The notes under the pieces are model-generated. The model had not been told where the DNA came from. It ran no database searches and saw nothing but the letters and a program-made list of their open reading frames with translations. The position numbers were made by a program, and so were the translations under genes. A stretch of DNA of 64,000 nt from Negaprion brevirostris (Eukaryota): contig JARDVH010000160.1 in assembly GCA_030324005.1 (NCBI GenBank), forward strand, positions 16,612,264 to 16,676,263, in the 5' to 3' direction. Below, one piece after another: positions 1-13,350 of this stretch (position 1 is the first letter of the stretch; the number at the start of each line of letters is the position of its first letter).

Positions 1-133
1 GGGATTAAGGGTTATGGGGAGAGGGCGGGAATGTGGAACTGAGCCACAACAGATCAGCCATGATCTTATTGAATGGCAGGGCAGGCTCGAAGGGCTAGAT
101 GGCCTACTTCTGCTACTATTTCTTATGTTCTTA
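1..133 (+). mobile_element. CR1-type LINE 3' end
   Basis: gatcagccatgatcttattgaatggc...gaagggc..atggcctacttctgct followed by a TTCTTATG-type tail. The same sequence occurs inverted at 16579-16755. Confidence 0.85.
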
Positions 134-135
134 TT

Positions 136-343
136 ACCCCTCCAGTCCTGGTCAATATTTACCCCTCAATAAACTTCAGAAAAAATAGGATTATCTGGTC
201 AAGTTATTTCAGGAGATTGCTGTGCATAAATTGGCTGCTATATTTCTTCCATTACAATGACTACACTTTGAAAGAATTTTATGGGCCATAAAGCACTTTG
301 AGAGAGCGGTAGGGGTCAAAGGTACAAATGCAGGTCTTTCTTT
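136..343 (+). mobile_element. Deu-domain SINE (SacSINE1/AmnSINE-like), 3' half
   Basis: gtcctggtcaatatttacccctcaa...ttatctggtc...tgctgtgcataaattggctgc...gactacactt...taaagcactttg...aaatgcaggtctttc matches the recalled Deu-domain consensus. Confidence 0.75.
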
Positions 344-818
344 TGTATAAAACGTAATAAAATAGCAACATGGAAGACAGTGCAAAGTGAATTGGCACCA
401 ATGGGAATTGTGGACTTGAGGGGCAATACATAATAGTATGCACTGTCTTTTAAAAAATACTTGTCTGTACTGCAAGGGTGAAGATTGTCTAGGAACACAC
501 TCAAACTACTTCAGTGATGCTGCAGTTATGCCACAATCAAGTGTGCTCCTGCGCTCCCAGTCATCTGTAATCTTTATCTCAATCTGATGAATACTTACCC
601 GACAACAGGTAGCCACTGTTCTGAAGACACTTCTCTGTTTATTATTTGAGCACTTCAAATTTGCATATTATCAGAACTATATATTCCCTAATAAAGCTGA
701 AGGGCCATTTATCTACAAGGAGCAATCACACAGGTTGTGAAATCAAGTCCTGAATTGTATTCTATCTGCAGTTAGCATATAAAGCTTCTTGCATTCAAAT
801 GTAGCAAAGTAAAAATGA

Positions 819-1092
819 AAAGTTTATTTATTAGTCACAAGTAGGTTTACATTAACACAGCAATGAAGTTACTGTGAAAATTCTCTAGGTCCCCACATTC
901 TGGCGCCTGTTTCAGATGCACCAAGGGAGAATTTAGCATGGCCAATGCAGGTCTTTCAGGTGGTGGGAGGAAACTCACGCAGACACAGAGAGAACGTGTA
1001 GACTCTGCACACATAGTGACCCAAGCTGGGAATCAAACCCATTTCCCTGGCATTGAGGCAGTAGTGCTAACAACTGTGCCACCGTGCTGCCC
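819..1092 (-). mobile_element. HE1-like tRNA-derived SINE (tail type A)
   Basis: The reverse complement starts gggcagcacggtggcacagttgttagcact (A box), has a B-box-like ggtttgattccc, and ends cctacttgtgactaataaataaac. Sister copies at 7030 and 61448. Confidence 0.85.
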
Positions 1093-1639
1093 CAAAGAAT
1101 CTTTGGGATGTATTTAGGATAATATGTCACATTCATGCACCAATACACTATGCTGATGCAGTCGCTGGGAATTGGCTCGCACCATAACTTCACATCTATA
1201 ATTCCACACTCCACAATGTGTCAGCTGTGTCAATCTAGGGAGATATTAAGCAAGGGAACAATTCTTATTTCTGGGAAAGTGCTGAAATCAACTGGGGAAG
1301 GTGCCCTTGGCTCCTCTGTTGCAACTTCTCACGTTACGCTGTTAGCATAGACACAGCTCTGAAAGCCACACAACTGACAGATATTATTGGAACCCCAAAG
1401 AGAATCGTTGTAGGAAACTGAAATTGGCTCATCAGATAAAGGTTTATGTTTATTAGGGACTTTGTGACCTCTAAAAAGGTTCACACAATTACTATTTTAA
1501 AAAAGTCAGTCACTTAATATGAAGGCAAATAGGACAGTCTTCATAACAAGATTGTCTTCTATGGTAGGATCTCACAGCCATCAATTAGTTCAACAGTCAT
1601 CTGTTGCTAGTAACGCTTAAGACCACTGGTCCGCACACT

Positions 1640-1830
1640 TAAAGCATTTGTGCCCCAGGATCTTTAATATCCACTTGATCCATCAGAACAAGCAGACATG
1701 GCCTCATTTTACTAGCTCATATAATAAACCTTTGGGCCATCAGCCTTGATGAGTGCATAAAATCCTGGAGCAGGACTTGAAATCCACTATCTGGTGACTT
1801 AGAGATCAATCTCATACCAACTGAGCTGAC
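1640..1830 (-). mobile_element. Degraded tRNA-derived SINE (SacSINE1-like 5' part)
   Basis: ggacttgaaatccac...tgacttagag...taccaactgagc is a reversed tRNA head; ggatctttaatatccac lies adjacent. Confidence 0.5.
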
Positions 1831-2864
1831 TGACATATTTGTGAAGGTGACACTAGACGGAATCACTAAATCCAGCAATCGAGCTTTTGAAAACAAAGAA
1901 TATAATTTCCTGTTTGGCCACTTTTTCAGCTGTTGAGTGACTTGGGTATCTCATAACAATACATCACAAGGGAATTAATGATATCCTCTGACTACACTTC
2001 CAGGAGACCCGAGACAGTCATTGCGCACTTATATATGTAAAATCTACATTATTTAGACAGTCGCACAATAGTCTAGGAGACATTTGACTTTGTTTGTAGC
2101 TTAACAGCTGTCCATATCTGTAATTGAACTCAACACCCTTGTCACATCACAAATGCAACATACTGTAGAAAGGTATTCACATTCTCAAACAAATTTGTTT
2201 CATCTTCTCCACTACTCATTGCTACTGAATATCCTACACTGTCTCATTCAGTGAATTAATTTTTCCAACGCGTGGTTTTAGTGGATGGATTTTGTAAAAT
2301 TTATCTCTCAGCAATGACTTGAGCAATTATATGTAAGTTTTTTTTCCTCACACACACTGATAAATCAGTTAAATGATAATATTGCTTTACTAGGCAGCAA
2401 TGTCATTTTTTCAAAAATAGGACATGCTTGACTTCAAAGTAGCTAGGTTGGTGGCCTCTGTCTCTGCAGAGTTCATCTTTCTGTCTTAAAATCAGGTAAC
2501 AAACATGACTGACTCACTAATCTGACCTGCTGAAGTCTCTTTTCCAAATAAGGTCAGTGCTCATATCAATAAATATCCTGTTTGTTGGTTTACACTTTGA
2601 AATTTATCTGGCCTGGGTTTGGATGAAGGACCTCATAATCCAATGGGAGCTCAATGGGGACCAATTCATATTCATCCAATGCATATTGAGTTTCAATATG
2701 TTTTTTGTTCATAATAAACGGAAAGATGNNNNNNNNNNCCGATTTGTTGATTTCTATCCTTAAACAAATGGATGTGTGAGTTTCCCAAATGGCATGAATA
2801 TCCATATTTAATTAGGTATTGGACTAAATAGCTGATAATGCTAAAGTTCACATGATTTATATTA

Positions 2865-3485
2865 GTGGTGAACTGCATTCTTGAACTGCTACAGTCCACG
2901 TGGTTTCAGGATTTTGACCCAGTGACAGTGAAAAACAGCGATGTAATTCCACATCAGTTCCCATGCATCTGCTGCCCTTACCATACAAGGTAATAGGGTT
3001 CACAGATTTGGAAGGTAACTGCAGAAAGAGCCCTGGTGAGTTGCTGTAGTGGATCTTATAGATGGTATATACATTATTGCCACTTTGCATCAGTGATGGG
3101 GCGAGTGAATATTGAAGGTGGTGGATAGGGTGACAATAAAGCAGACTGCTTTGTCCTGGATGGTAGGTATCAAACTTCTTCAATATTGTTGGAGCTGAAG
3201 TCACCCAGTCAAGTGGAGAGTGGTGAACAGGCTTTGGACAGTCAGGAGGTGCGTTACTGTCAGCGAAGTTCCCAGCCTCGGATCTGCTCATGTAGCCCCA
3301 GTAATTAAATGGTTGGTCCATCCAGTTCAGTTTCTGGTCAAAGATGTTGATAGTGAAGGATTTTGCAATGGTAATGCATGTTGAATGTCAAAGCAAGATT
3401 GTTAGATTCTCTTGTTGAGAGATAGTCATTGCCTAGCACTTAAGTGGCATGAATATTACTTGGCACTTATCAGCCCAAGACTGAA
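2865..3485 (-). mobile_element. LINE (CR1/L2-clade) 3' fragment
   Basis: Reverse-complement similarity to 20630-21200, e.g. caggattttgacccag vs ctgggtcaaaatcctgg. Confidence 0.75.
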
Positions 3486-3802
3486 TCTTTTAAGTGGGTG
3501 AATCACACCTGGCAGACGCTGCCAATGACAGTGGAAAACACTCTGGTTTTCCTGCCGGTATGAACACTTAACCTCAAAATGGGAGAATTGGACCTATTAA
3601 GCTTGTTGCAACAGGAAAGCACTTTCCACTTCATTTTGTATAATTATACCATCTGTAAATGATTACAACACTGGCATTTTAATAAATTTGAATATCCTGT
3701 CATGAAAGAGACAAAAACATTGAAATGGTCATGTCTACTCTTTGAGTGATGTTTATAGAAGTAAGGACCCCGGAGAGCTCAGTACCTTGGACACTATCTT
3801 AC

Positions 3803-3849
3803 CTATGCACCACAAACAGGAAGTCCTTTTTTGTGTCATCCTCAAACAT
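3803..3849 (-). CDS. Candidate alternative first coding exon MFEDDTKKDFLFVVH(S)
   Basis: gctgctATG start, 15 codons plus AG, then donor AG|GTAAGA. It ends in phase 2 like the 57896 exon and lies in unique sequence. No homology check was possible. Confidence 0.4.
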
Positions 3850-6800
3850 AGCAGCAGCATCACCACAATGAGAGAAACATGGCGAAAGGCATTCTTCGAC
3901 AAGTGTGCTTTTTTTTTATAAATAAGAACCTTTCAACAAAGGGCTTATTCAAACTGTTTGAAACAGCTTCGTGTGTTCTTAAGTTTTGACCAAACTCGGG
4001 AAACTGTTTGAAATTTTACTGGTTAGGTTAGGCATCAAGTTTCCAGTAAAATTCATTTGCATCACAAGTGTGATATTTCCATGAACTTCTTGGAATTCAA
4101 CAGTATAACAGAAGATTGTCATGAATGTCATTTTTCTTTCTATTAACATTCTTTGATGTATTTAAGAGTCATAACGTGGCAGATTTCTTTTAATACAGCT
4201 AAAAATATTTTTTATTCACCATGTTCTTTTACTAAGAATATCTAACCTGAATAGCTAGATTTAAAAATCGCTGGAAATTATTTAAAGAAAGTTATATTGA
4301 AATACTAGTTTCAATGATGTGCCCTAATCTGTTTCTTATAAGTTGAATATTTTTGACCCATAGTTATTTTCAAACATGCCACTTGTTTATAAGAAAAGAA
4401 ACAAAAATTGAAGAGCCTTCCCAATCAGTGCAGTTTACAGAATCTTTGCAGTGCCAACCTGGGGACATAGCCAGTTTTGAGAGTGGGGCCTGATTTGAGC
4501 AAGTAAATCTTGAACCAACATAAAATATTACAGGAAACATGAGGGAGAGTGGCTTCAGGCTCAATTCACCCTGCTTTTAAATTCTCTGATTCAATCTGGA
4601 TTATGCTGATTCTCTGATTCAATCTGGATTGTGCCATTTTGAGTAACAAAATGGTGAAAATTATTCCCTGATGTCTTTAACACCATTATGGCTAAATCAG
4701 GTTAATGATTACTGCTCTGTTTCTGATAACCTGGAGATGGATGTTCAGTATGTAAATAACATAATGATAAATGAAAGCGGCTGGACAAACCCAACACTCA
4801 TCAATGCACTGCACATATTGTCCACATGAATTCCAGTCTCTCTAAGTGCATTCACTAAGATGGAAGGAGTTTTCACAGCTCTGCTTTTGCCTCTAGTCAC
4901 TGAACATAATTGGCAACATTCCCTCCAACCCCATCACACAGTATAATACCATTATCAAGAAATGTTTACTTCAATTCTTGACACATTTATACTTTTTCTC
5001 ATGACACTAGGAATCTCAGCAAATTCTGCTTTATATGATGTGAAAATATACTCAACGTTGCTGTGACAAAACTTTAAATATTTTCTTTAAATATTTTTGA
5101 CTTAGTCATCCTGATTTTAAATTAAATTTAATATATAAAGTATTTTAACCATAAAGTCAGCCACAGCCAGAATTGTTTGCTAAACTTAACTTGACACAAA
5201 TGCAAAGCTTAAGGGAAAAGCCAGAGTATATGATTTATTAACCATATGTGTAATAACCAGTAATTTCAGAATGCTATTCTGATGCAGAATGCACTGGTAA
5301 TTGTTGGCAAAAATATTTCAGAAACTGTCATCCAGTTCTGCTATTGGAAGAAATACAAAATATAATAAGGGTTTGCCAAAAAGAATCATTTAGTGTTAAG
5401 ATTATACCTTATATCAAGGAGGTAGACAGAAGTATTTCTACATCACTTAGTTGTTCACCTATTCATCTTTTGGAATATAAAGTTATTTAATTTAAAATCA
5501 GATCTGAATTTGGATATTGATGGCTCATTGAAAACAGGTCAGACAGTCCATGGGGCAACTTTAGCAATTAAACTATGAATGAAAAGGTTATTCTGCTCAT
5601 TATCCTGGGGCTTATTGCCAAAAGGTAGATATTATGGCTTTTGGAGCTGGTCACAAAGGGAGATTAAGTGAATTGAAACTCATGATAGTGATTTATCGCA
5701 AGTCAAAACAAGAACAATCTTTCTGTGGATTCTAACCCATACTCATGCTGCAGTAAACACAAACTTCAGATAGAGTATAATCAGTACATTATGCATCAAT
5801 ACCACTTTTACCCCCACCTCCAAATCTGTACTTTATCCATGAAGATCAATACAGGGACCTCATTTGGCACTGGGGTGAGGGTCCTAACTCCCTCTTCTGA
5901 TCATTAAATTATATGACTTTCCACGCAACAGATTTCCTGTGGACATTATATTTTGTTTGCTCACTTTGTGCTTTAACTCCAATTTCAAAAGAGGCATTGC
6001 ATTTTTTTCTTCAGGGTTTGTATAAATCATTATCAGGACCAGGTATGATGGAACGTGAAACCACATCACTAAAGCGGTGGGAGTTTTAATCTGAGTTTTT
6101 AAACCAACAGTTCCCTCACTTCCGAGCAGAGCTGAAAATGGATAGGGAACTAAAAGTGTAGCTAATAAATACAACTGTTATATATATCTGTTTTCTGGAG
6201 ATCTGTTATATTAGTTCAGTTCAAAGTTCAATACGAGGTATTGAGGCCTACTTTGATTAAATAGTCTGAACGGCAATTTTATACAGTCTACTTCTTTTGG
6301 TGCAAAGACATTTTTGTATCAATTGAATTACTTACAAATTCACATTGTCTAATTTAAATTGCAATGGTAGCTTTTCGGTGCTAAAGCAATCGTCGCATTA
6401 ATCAATAATCTGAATTAAATGTAATTAGATTAACAGGAGTAGGCTGTAGTACAACTAGGCCCATAACTGGTTAAAGGATAACACACCAAACCCTACTTTG
6501 AGTGAGACTGAAAGTCGTCCATTTGGCATCACTCTCTATCAGATACTTCTATTTGTCTGCTATGTTCAATACAATGAAATGCAAGACAGATGCTGTCCTG
6601 AATGAAGAATAAAACCCTGAGCATCTGACTCATTTGATTCTCTCAATTACGTGGTTATCCTTTGTTCAGAACATTAAATATTCACATGCTCCTCCCATTG
6701 GTGAATTAGCTCAGTTCATGTCACCTATCAATTCTATTATCATTCTTATGCTGAGCTTACAGTTGAAAACAATAGCTTCTTCCTGTGAATCTAGTGCTGA

Positions 6801-7028
6801 AAACTACTGCAGTCGTTTATTAAATTGACTACTGATCTAAAACAAGTGATGAATTATTTTCAGCAAACTAAATAGAAGCCATTCAAGTGTATCCATAGTA
6901 ATTAAAATATACTGCAGCAAAAAGGGCAATCGGGTTTGGAAAAACAATAATCTCTACAGTTTTGCAAAAGTGATAATAGGATATGTTATGTTTTGATTTA
7001 TTATCATTTTATATATGGGCTTTATATG

Positions 7029-7325
7029 GGGTGGTACAGAGGCACAGTGGTTAGCACGGCTGTCTCAGTGCCAGGAACCCAGGTCCAATTCCAGTTTGGG
7101 TCACTGTGTGGAGTTTGCACGTTCTCCCCGTGTCTGTGTGGGTTTCTTTCAGGTGCTCCGGTTTCCTCCCACAGTCGGGAAGGCGTGCTGGTTATGTGCA
7201 CTGGCCACGCTAAATTTTCCCTCAGTGTACCCGAAGTAGTTCTGGAGTGTGGCGACTAAGGGATTTGCACAGTAACTTCAATGCAGTGTTAATATAAGCC
7301 TACTTGTGACACTAATAAATAAACT
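7029..7325 (+). mobile_element. HE1-like tRNA-derived SINE (tail type A)
   Basis: ggcacagtggttagcac head, ctgtgtggagtttgcacgttctccccgtgtctgtgtgggtttc body, agcctacttgtgacactaataaataaac tail. Confidence 0.9.
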
Positions 7326-8609
7326 AAAATATATGGATCTCCAGATCCCAGATGGGTTATGGCAATTGATTCTATCTTAACCCATTTAATCCTGAAGTGT
7401 TAAGTATCCTTTAGCAATTTTCAAAATATTTGTTTAACAAGGAACTGGAGTAAGTTGCCAGCAAGATTTATAATTTTTCATTTGTACTCAAACGCTACTT
7501 CAATCCTCACAAGGTGACTTAGATCTTAAATAAGATTCTAGCTTCATAAAGATGATTTTGCGCATCTTATTTTATTTGGGCAAGAAAGCACATCACCCTG
7601 GCCGTTTGGGGACTGGTCATTTTAATTTGACATAGACCAAAAGGCCAACTTGATCCATCATGCACATTATTATCCATCTGACAAGTTAGGACATACATTG
7701 GGGTTTTACAGTAACCTGCCAGCAGGACTGGGGAGAGGGGGTGGTGGCAGCCTAACTGCCCGTTTCAGCCTCTTAATTTTTAAGGCGTGGCATTTGGTAG
7801 CTCACCTGCCCTTGTGCCTATTGTGGCCCTTAAATGACAAATTGGANNNNNNNNNNNNNNNNNNNNNNNNNNNNNNNNNNNNNNNNNNNNNNNNNNNNNN
7901 NNNNNNNNNNNNNNNNNNNNNNNNNNNNNNNNNNNNNNNNNNNNNNCTGCCCGTTTCCGCCTCTGAATTTGTCAGGCGTGGCATTTGGGAGCGCACCTGC
8001 CCGTGTGCCTATTGTGGCCCTTAACTGACAAATTGGATGTCCACTTTTTGGCCTCATCCTATCTCCAATTTTTGCCCACTGCAGGGTGGCCCATTTCATG
8101 TGGGAGCTCAGCAGTTTTATCTGGTAACTCTATTTTGGGACCAATGGAAACAACCCCCAAAACTCCAAGGTTGAGGACTACTTGTAGTCATGGCTCTCAA
8201 CTGACAAGAAACTGGACATTGGTTGAATTTATTGCACTCAATATCCACACACGTCCACTATGAGGAGCAGTAACCCTTGGCAACTTGACCTGCTCTAGCC
8301 AGGAAACAGGAAATTTAAATCCACTACCCAGTTGAGGTGACTGTGGCCAAGGGTTAAAGATGGAAGTATTTGGGCATGTGTAATTCAGTAGAAGTACCAA
8401 TCACCTGCAAGAGCTGAATTGCTAAATGTGCTTGTAATCCTTTCTTACTTCATTCTTTTCCTTTCTTTGATTTCCCAAATCACCAACTTCAGAACAGATC
8501 TGAGAAACCCGCTTTCGTACCTTTGTCAACGTGTGCTTAAATTGGGTTGCATAATAGTAACATAGGGGTGATATGCAGATTGATTGCTTATTCAGCCATT
8601 AGAAAATTC

Positions 8610-8814
8610 TGGCCAAAATTCTCTGGCTGTTCATGCTGGCGGGATTCTCTGGTCCCACCAGTTGAGCAACCCCGGCTGTGGGTTTACCGCCAATGTGGGG
8701 TGATGTCAATGGAAATTCCCACCAACTGTGGCAGAGAATCTTGCCGTGAGCAAACAATGTGCCACCTCTCACTGGCATAAAACATAAGGCTGGGAGGGTG
8801 GAGAATCACGTCCA
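8610..8814. mobile_element. Short MITE-like element related to the 26537/46320 family
   Basis: Imperfect inverted ends tggccaaaattctc ... gagaatcacgtcca; GC-richer than flanks. Confidence 0.5.
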
Positions 8815-10899
8815 GTATTGCATTCACTACCTCCCTCCACAATAATGGAGGTCTGAGATTGGAAACATCACGATCGTTCAATGATAAAAGTCAGCTCCAC
8901 TGAAGTCCAACCCACTGGTGTTTCAATCCATTTTAATTTCCATAGGAAAATGGATTCAAATCAGTTGATTTCATCATTCAGCTAATATTTTTTAGCCTAC
9001 ATGAAGTAATACTGTCTCTTTTAAATACACTGAGTAACAGTTCCTCCAAATCCATTCCCTCCTAATAAGGACAGCATTAATAAGTAGACAATTCCCTTAA
9101 TGATATTCAGATTTGAAATTGAAGCTTTAATCCTATTATTCCAGCTTTTCATGTCCATTATTCAAATCAATCCAAATATAATGGGGGGGGGGTAAAATTT
9201 AAAAGGAACAGCACTTAATAATAGTAAGGGAGTGGGAAGGGTGGTGGTGGAGGGCAAGGGTTGGGATAGGGACAGCTGAGGTGAAAGCATGGAGGAGAAA
9301 AAGAAAAAGAGCTCATTTAGTTCAAATTACTCTGCTCAGAAACACAGCCAACAAATATGAACCTCTGAGTTGGATTTGAGATCAAGGATTAATGCCTCAG
9401 ACTAAGAAAGATGCTGATCCACACTGAACTTAACCACAGCCATACACTGTCCCATCAGATACTTCATCTGAGGGGTTTAACATGGTCAACATGGTATCTC
9501 TCCACTCTGTTTCAGAGCAGCTCCTTTCAATATTCCTTTTTTAATTTTCTTGGAAGTGTACTTCTGAGTAAAAGTAATTTTCTTTGTAGAATTTGTGGAT
9601 ATAATTTAATTGTCCGTTTTATTACTTGCCTTGGTGCTGTACGAGGCCATGGGTAAAGATACTGGATTTGACTGAAAGAGATGGTACTAATGAGATTGAC
9701 TTAATGTGTAAATCACAATTCACATGTTCTTGTAGAATACTAATGATCTGTGGCTATTATTTTGAAATAGGAAATGCAATGTCAGGAAATGGTGGGGTTG
9801 AAAATCCTACCACAATTATACCGATGATATTTTCCTTAGTTTTTCCTACATCTTCCCCACACCCCTGTCCAGAAGCCTTATGCCCAGAATCAAGGCACTA
9901 AAAACTGTCTTGTAGATTTCAAAAGCCAGTCAGCATCTTGTGTGCTAATCGCATTTAGTGGCTCTAAGTCTTTTCAATTTATTCTTCATCAATCTACACT
10001 TAGCAGAATGTCACAGATCCTTCACTAGACAGAAACAAAACAAAAACAGGACCAACAAAAAATACATTTGCCCTGGAATGAAAGGGAGGAATCTGTGTCA
10101 AGGAGCAGCTGTGCTGAAAGACTAGATGAAAAGTGGACTTGGTAGATAAATAAGTATTGGTCTTAACAAACTTGTCAGTACTGTATAAAAATAAATTCAC
10201 TATTCCATTACGGGAAATAAATTCACCAAATACTTTTGATGTGCAAATTTTATCACAGAGTGTGTTGCAATGAAATGTTCCTAACAATATTCAATCCACA
10301 TCTTCACTTGATAGTCAGAATCTCGAAGAGAGCAAAACCATGGATTTAGTTGTAGTAATTGACAAATCAATAAATGCAGGTCTGATTCAAAGGGAGCTCC
10401 TCAAAATTTTGCTCCCTCAATCACATAAATAAGAAACAAATAAGTCATTTTATAGTCAAGAAAATAATAAAAAGGACATCATACATTCTTCAAATCTATG
10501 AATAAAAATCAAGACTCAGTTCTAGCTGATACTCTTGAAGTCAAAGCTCAAATGATCCAGATAAGTTTTTCATGCACGCAAAGGACAATATTTTATGACT
10601 ATTCACATCATTTATTTTGCCAGTTAAGATCATTCTGAACCCAAAGAAGCCCAAATAAGCTTAATAAATAGATATACAGTGGACAAACCTAGTTGCCTTT
10701 TGAGTGACATCATTAATTTCAGTGTCAGTGATGCAGCACATTATGCCCCTCAAAGCAAAAGGTGTAAACGGGTGGCATAATGACCTATATCACAACTACA
10801 TGAACTTGACACTCACTCTCAATATTATGAGAAAATGACTCTCAAAGAAACTGCAAAAACTTTGCATGGCAACAGCACATGCTTAACAGAGCTACAGTT

Positions 10900-11220
10900 T
10901 CATAGAATAGGCCATTTGGCCCATCAAGTCTGCACCTATTCTCTGACAGAGTATCTTACCCATACCCTCTCCTCCATCCTATTCCTGCAATCTCACTCAT
11001 TTACCATGGCTAATCCCATCTAACCCTATACATCTTGGGACATGGCCAACCCACCTAACCTACACATCTTTAGACTGAGGGAGGAAACCAGAACACCTAG
11101 AGGAAACCCACACAGACATGGGAGAATCTGCAAACTCCACTCAGTTACTCAAGGACGGATTTGAACTCAAGGACGGATTTGAACCCGGGTCCCTGGTGCT
11201 GTAAGGCAGCAGTGTTAGCC
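10900..11220 (-). mobile_element. HE1-like SINE (CR1-type tail)
   Basis: catggccaacccacctaacctacacatcttt...gggaggaaacc...ttgaacccgggtccctggtgctgtaaggcagcagtg. It contains an 18-bp tandem duplication at about 11147-11184. Confidence 0.85.
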
Positions 11221-12865
11221 TAATAATATTTGAAGTTTAAAAATAATCATATTACTAACAGAACATTTAGTTCAGAAACAACACTCTGATACACTGAATG
11301 CTTCATTAAATACAAGTCCCATCCTGGAGTCTTCAAAGGATTAAAACTCATAAAAGACAAGTCACAAGACATTTTAGGACTACATTTTCTTCGAGCAAAA
11401 GTATGGGTTCCACTTTTTTCATTTATGATTCTTTGAGAGTTGCTGCCATCAATTTAGAAGCAGGCAGAAGGTTATATAAGGTTAGATTATACTGAGAATG
11501 ACGAAGCATGTGCTCTATTCATCTGATAACTCTGGGCCCTCTGAACAATTCAGTTAATGTGCACTTGCTTTAAATTCAACTTTGTGATTCAGCTACAGCA
11601 GACCTTTTGGAGATAAAAGATAGTTGGGCATTACTGAGATTGGAATGTGACATGATGGAAATTGAATATCCACTTTGAAGAGACTTTTCCTATGGCATTT
11701 TTGTGCAATTTTGCAGCACACTGAAGTAGTAAGCACAATATACATAAACCTGATTTATTTAAGGACATCAGACTGTCACCATGAAGCAGCTTCCTTTCTT
11801 AATTACAGAAAGTTTTTTGACACAAACTGCCAATATGATTCTAACTATGGCACTGTATATGAAGGATTTTACATAAAATAGAACTTTTGATGCGAGAATT
11901 TCACTGAATGGAAACAGCAATGACTGATTCATGGTGCATTAAAATTGGAAAATTTTGATCCACAATGCATAGAAAATGCACCAAAATCTGGAAATGCATC
12001 TGAAAATAATTCCCAGTCACCTATCAATTTCTGAGGCAAGCTTCCACAATAAGCTATATCACTAGGCATACTCCACAGTACAAAATTCCTGAATTGATGA
12101 TGTTCAAACACTTGTGTGCAACAATTAATGCGCAGAACTAAACACAAGCTGCTGCCAAACATTACCTTCAGGCCTTACAGGATCACTTCTGCATACAGTT
12201 TTGGTTCAGGTTTTTTTTAAGGGCGACTTGCTGAGGGAATTCTATTGTTCAAAACTGACAATTGCTGGAGTTCACAGAAATGCTGGTGACCAGGATATGG
12301 TGACGTGAAATTTCAGAGTTGGTTAGGAAGCAAGGCAAATTTATGAGCCTGATTTTCCACTGGCTCTCTAACATCAAATGAACACATCGAGGGAGTTCCC
12401 AGGTTCTCAAAGCAATTGTTCATTTTGCGTCCTTGGAAGACTTCAGCAGAATTCACGTAGGTTTAATGAGCCCCTCCACAAGTTTCCAAATCATTAGTAC
12501 AGCAAAATAATCCATCCACTACAAGCCTGATGGGAGTGCAAGTATCACTGCTTATGTGCCCTTGAAAATGACCCAATCCCTGGAATTTGTACAGGTCTCT
12601 GTTGTTTTTGGCAAGATCAGGCAGGGATTCCACTAGGGCTGTACTTACCAACACAGCAGAACTCCAGGAATTTCCAGATACTATATTTAAGGTGCGAGCT
12701 GTGCTTCCTTTCATTTCATACTTTATGCTGATTTATGGCAAACTCACTACAACTCCTGCATATAAATCAATGGGCTTTCCATTGCTATACACTATAAAAA
12801 AGGATATGTGCAAGTTATATGTTTTTAAAATGCTTACTTTTGTAGAAAATAGCTAGCATTGCATT

Positions 12866-13350
12866 ATAGAAACATAGGAAGTAGGAGTATGCCATTCGAG
12901 CCTGCTCCACCACTCATTTTGATCATGGCTGATCATCAAATTCAATATCCTGATTCCCCCCTTCCCCCCATATCCCTTGACCCCTTTAGTCCCAAGAGTT
13001 TTATCCAATTTCTTCNNNNNNNNNNNNNNNNNNNNNNNNNNNNNNNNNNNNNNNNNNNNNNNNNNNNNNNNNNNNNNNNNNNNNNNNNNNNNNNNNNNNN
13101 NNNNNNNNNNNNNNNNNNNNNNNNNNNNNNNNNNNNNNNNNNNNNNNNNNNNNNNNNNNNNNNNNNNNNNNNNNNNNNNNNNNNNNNNNNNNNNNNNNNN
13201 NNNNNNCCTCAGTCTCTCCTCATAGGACCTTCCCTCCATACCAGGCAACATCCTGGTAAACCTCCTCTGCACCCTTTCCAATGTCTCCACATCCTTCCTA
13301 TAATATGGGGACCAGAACTGTACACAATACTCCAAGTGCGGACGCACCAG
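12866..13350 (-). mobile_element. CR1 LINE 3' fragment (gapped)
   Basis: Translation [37 protein letters not shown] is the typical CR1 ORF2 C-terminus; TTTCTATG tail. Confidence 0.92.

Noticed and set aside
599-634. 36-nt frame-preserving micro-exon candidate (minus strand, donor GTAAGT)
   Set aside because: The acceptor lacks a polypyrimidine tract, and joining to the MKGFKLA exon would create TG|A, a stop.
4581-4634. 28-bp tandem duplication (ttctctgattcaatctggatt x2)
   Set aside because: Only two units, consistent with ordinary slippage; not an array or CRISPR-like structure.
7029-7100. tRNA-like A/B box sequences
   Set aside because: These are SINE heads with no complete cloverleaf, so they are not called as tRNA genes.
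7756-8037. 91-bp direct repeat on either side of a 100-N gap
   Set aside because: The copies abut the gap and all 8 differences are A>C or T>G, consistent with sequencing error in unmerged overlapping contig ends. Treated as an assembly artefact.
12649-12714. ATG..GTAAGT segment MKGSTARTLNIVSGNSWSSAVL (minus strand)
   Set aside because: It ends in phase 0, incompatible with the phase-2 acceptor expected next, and has no recognisable homology.
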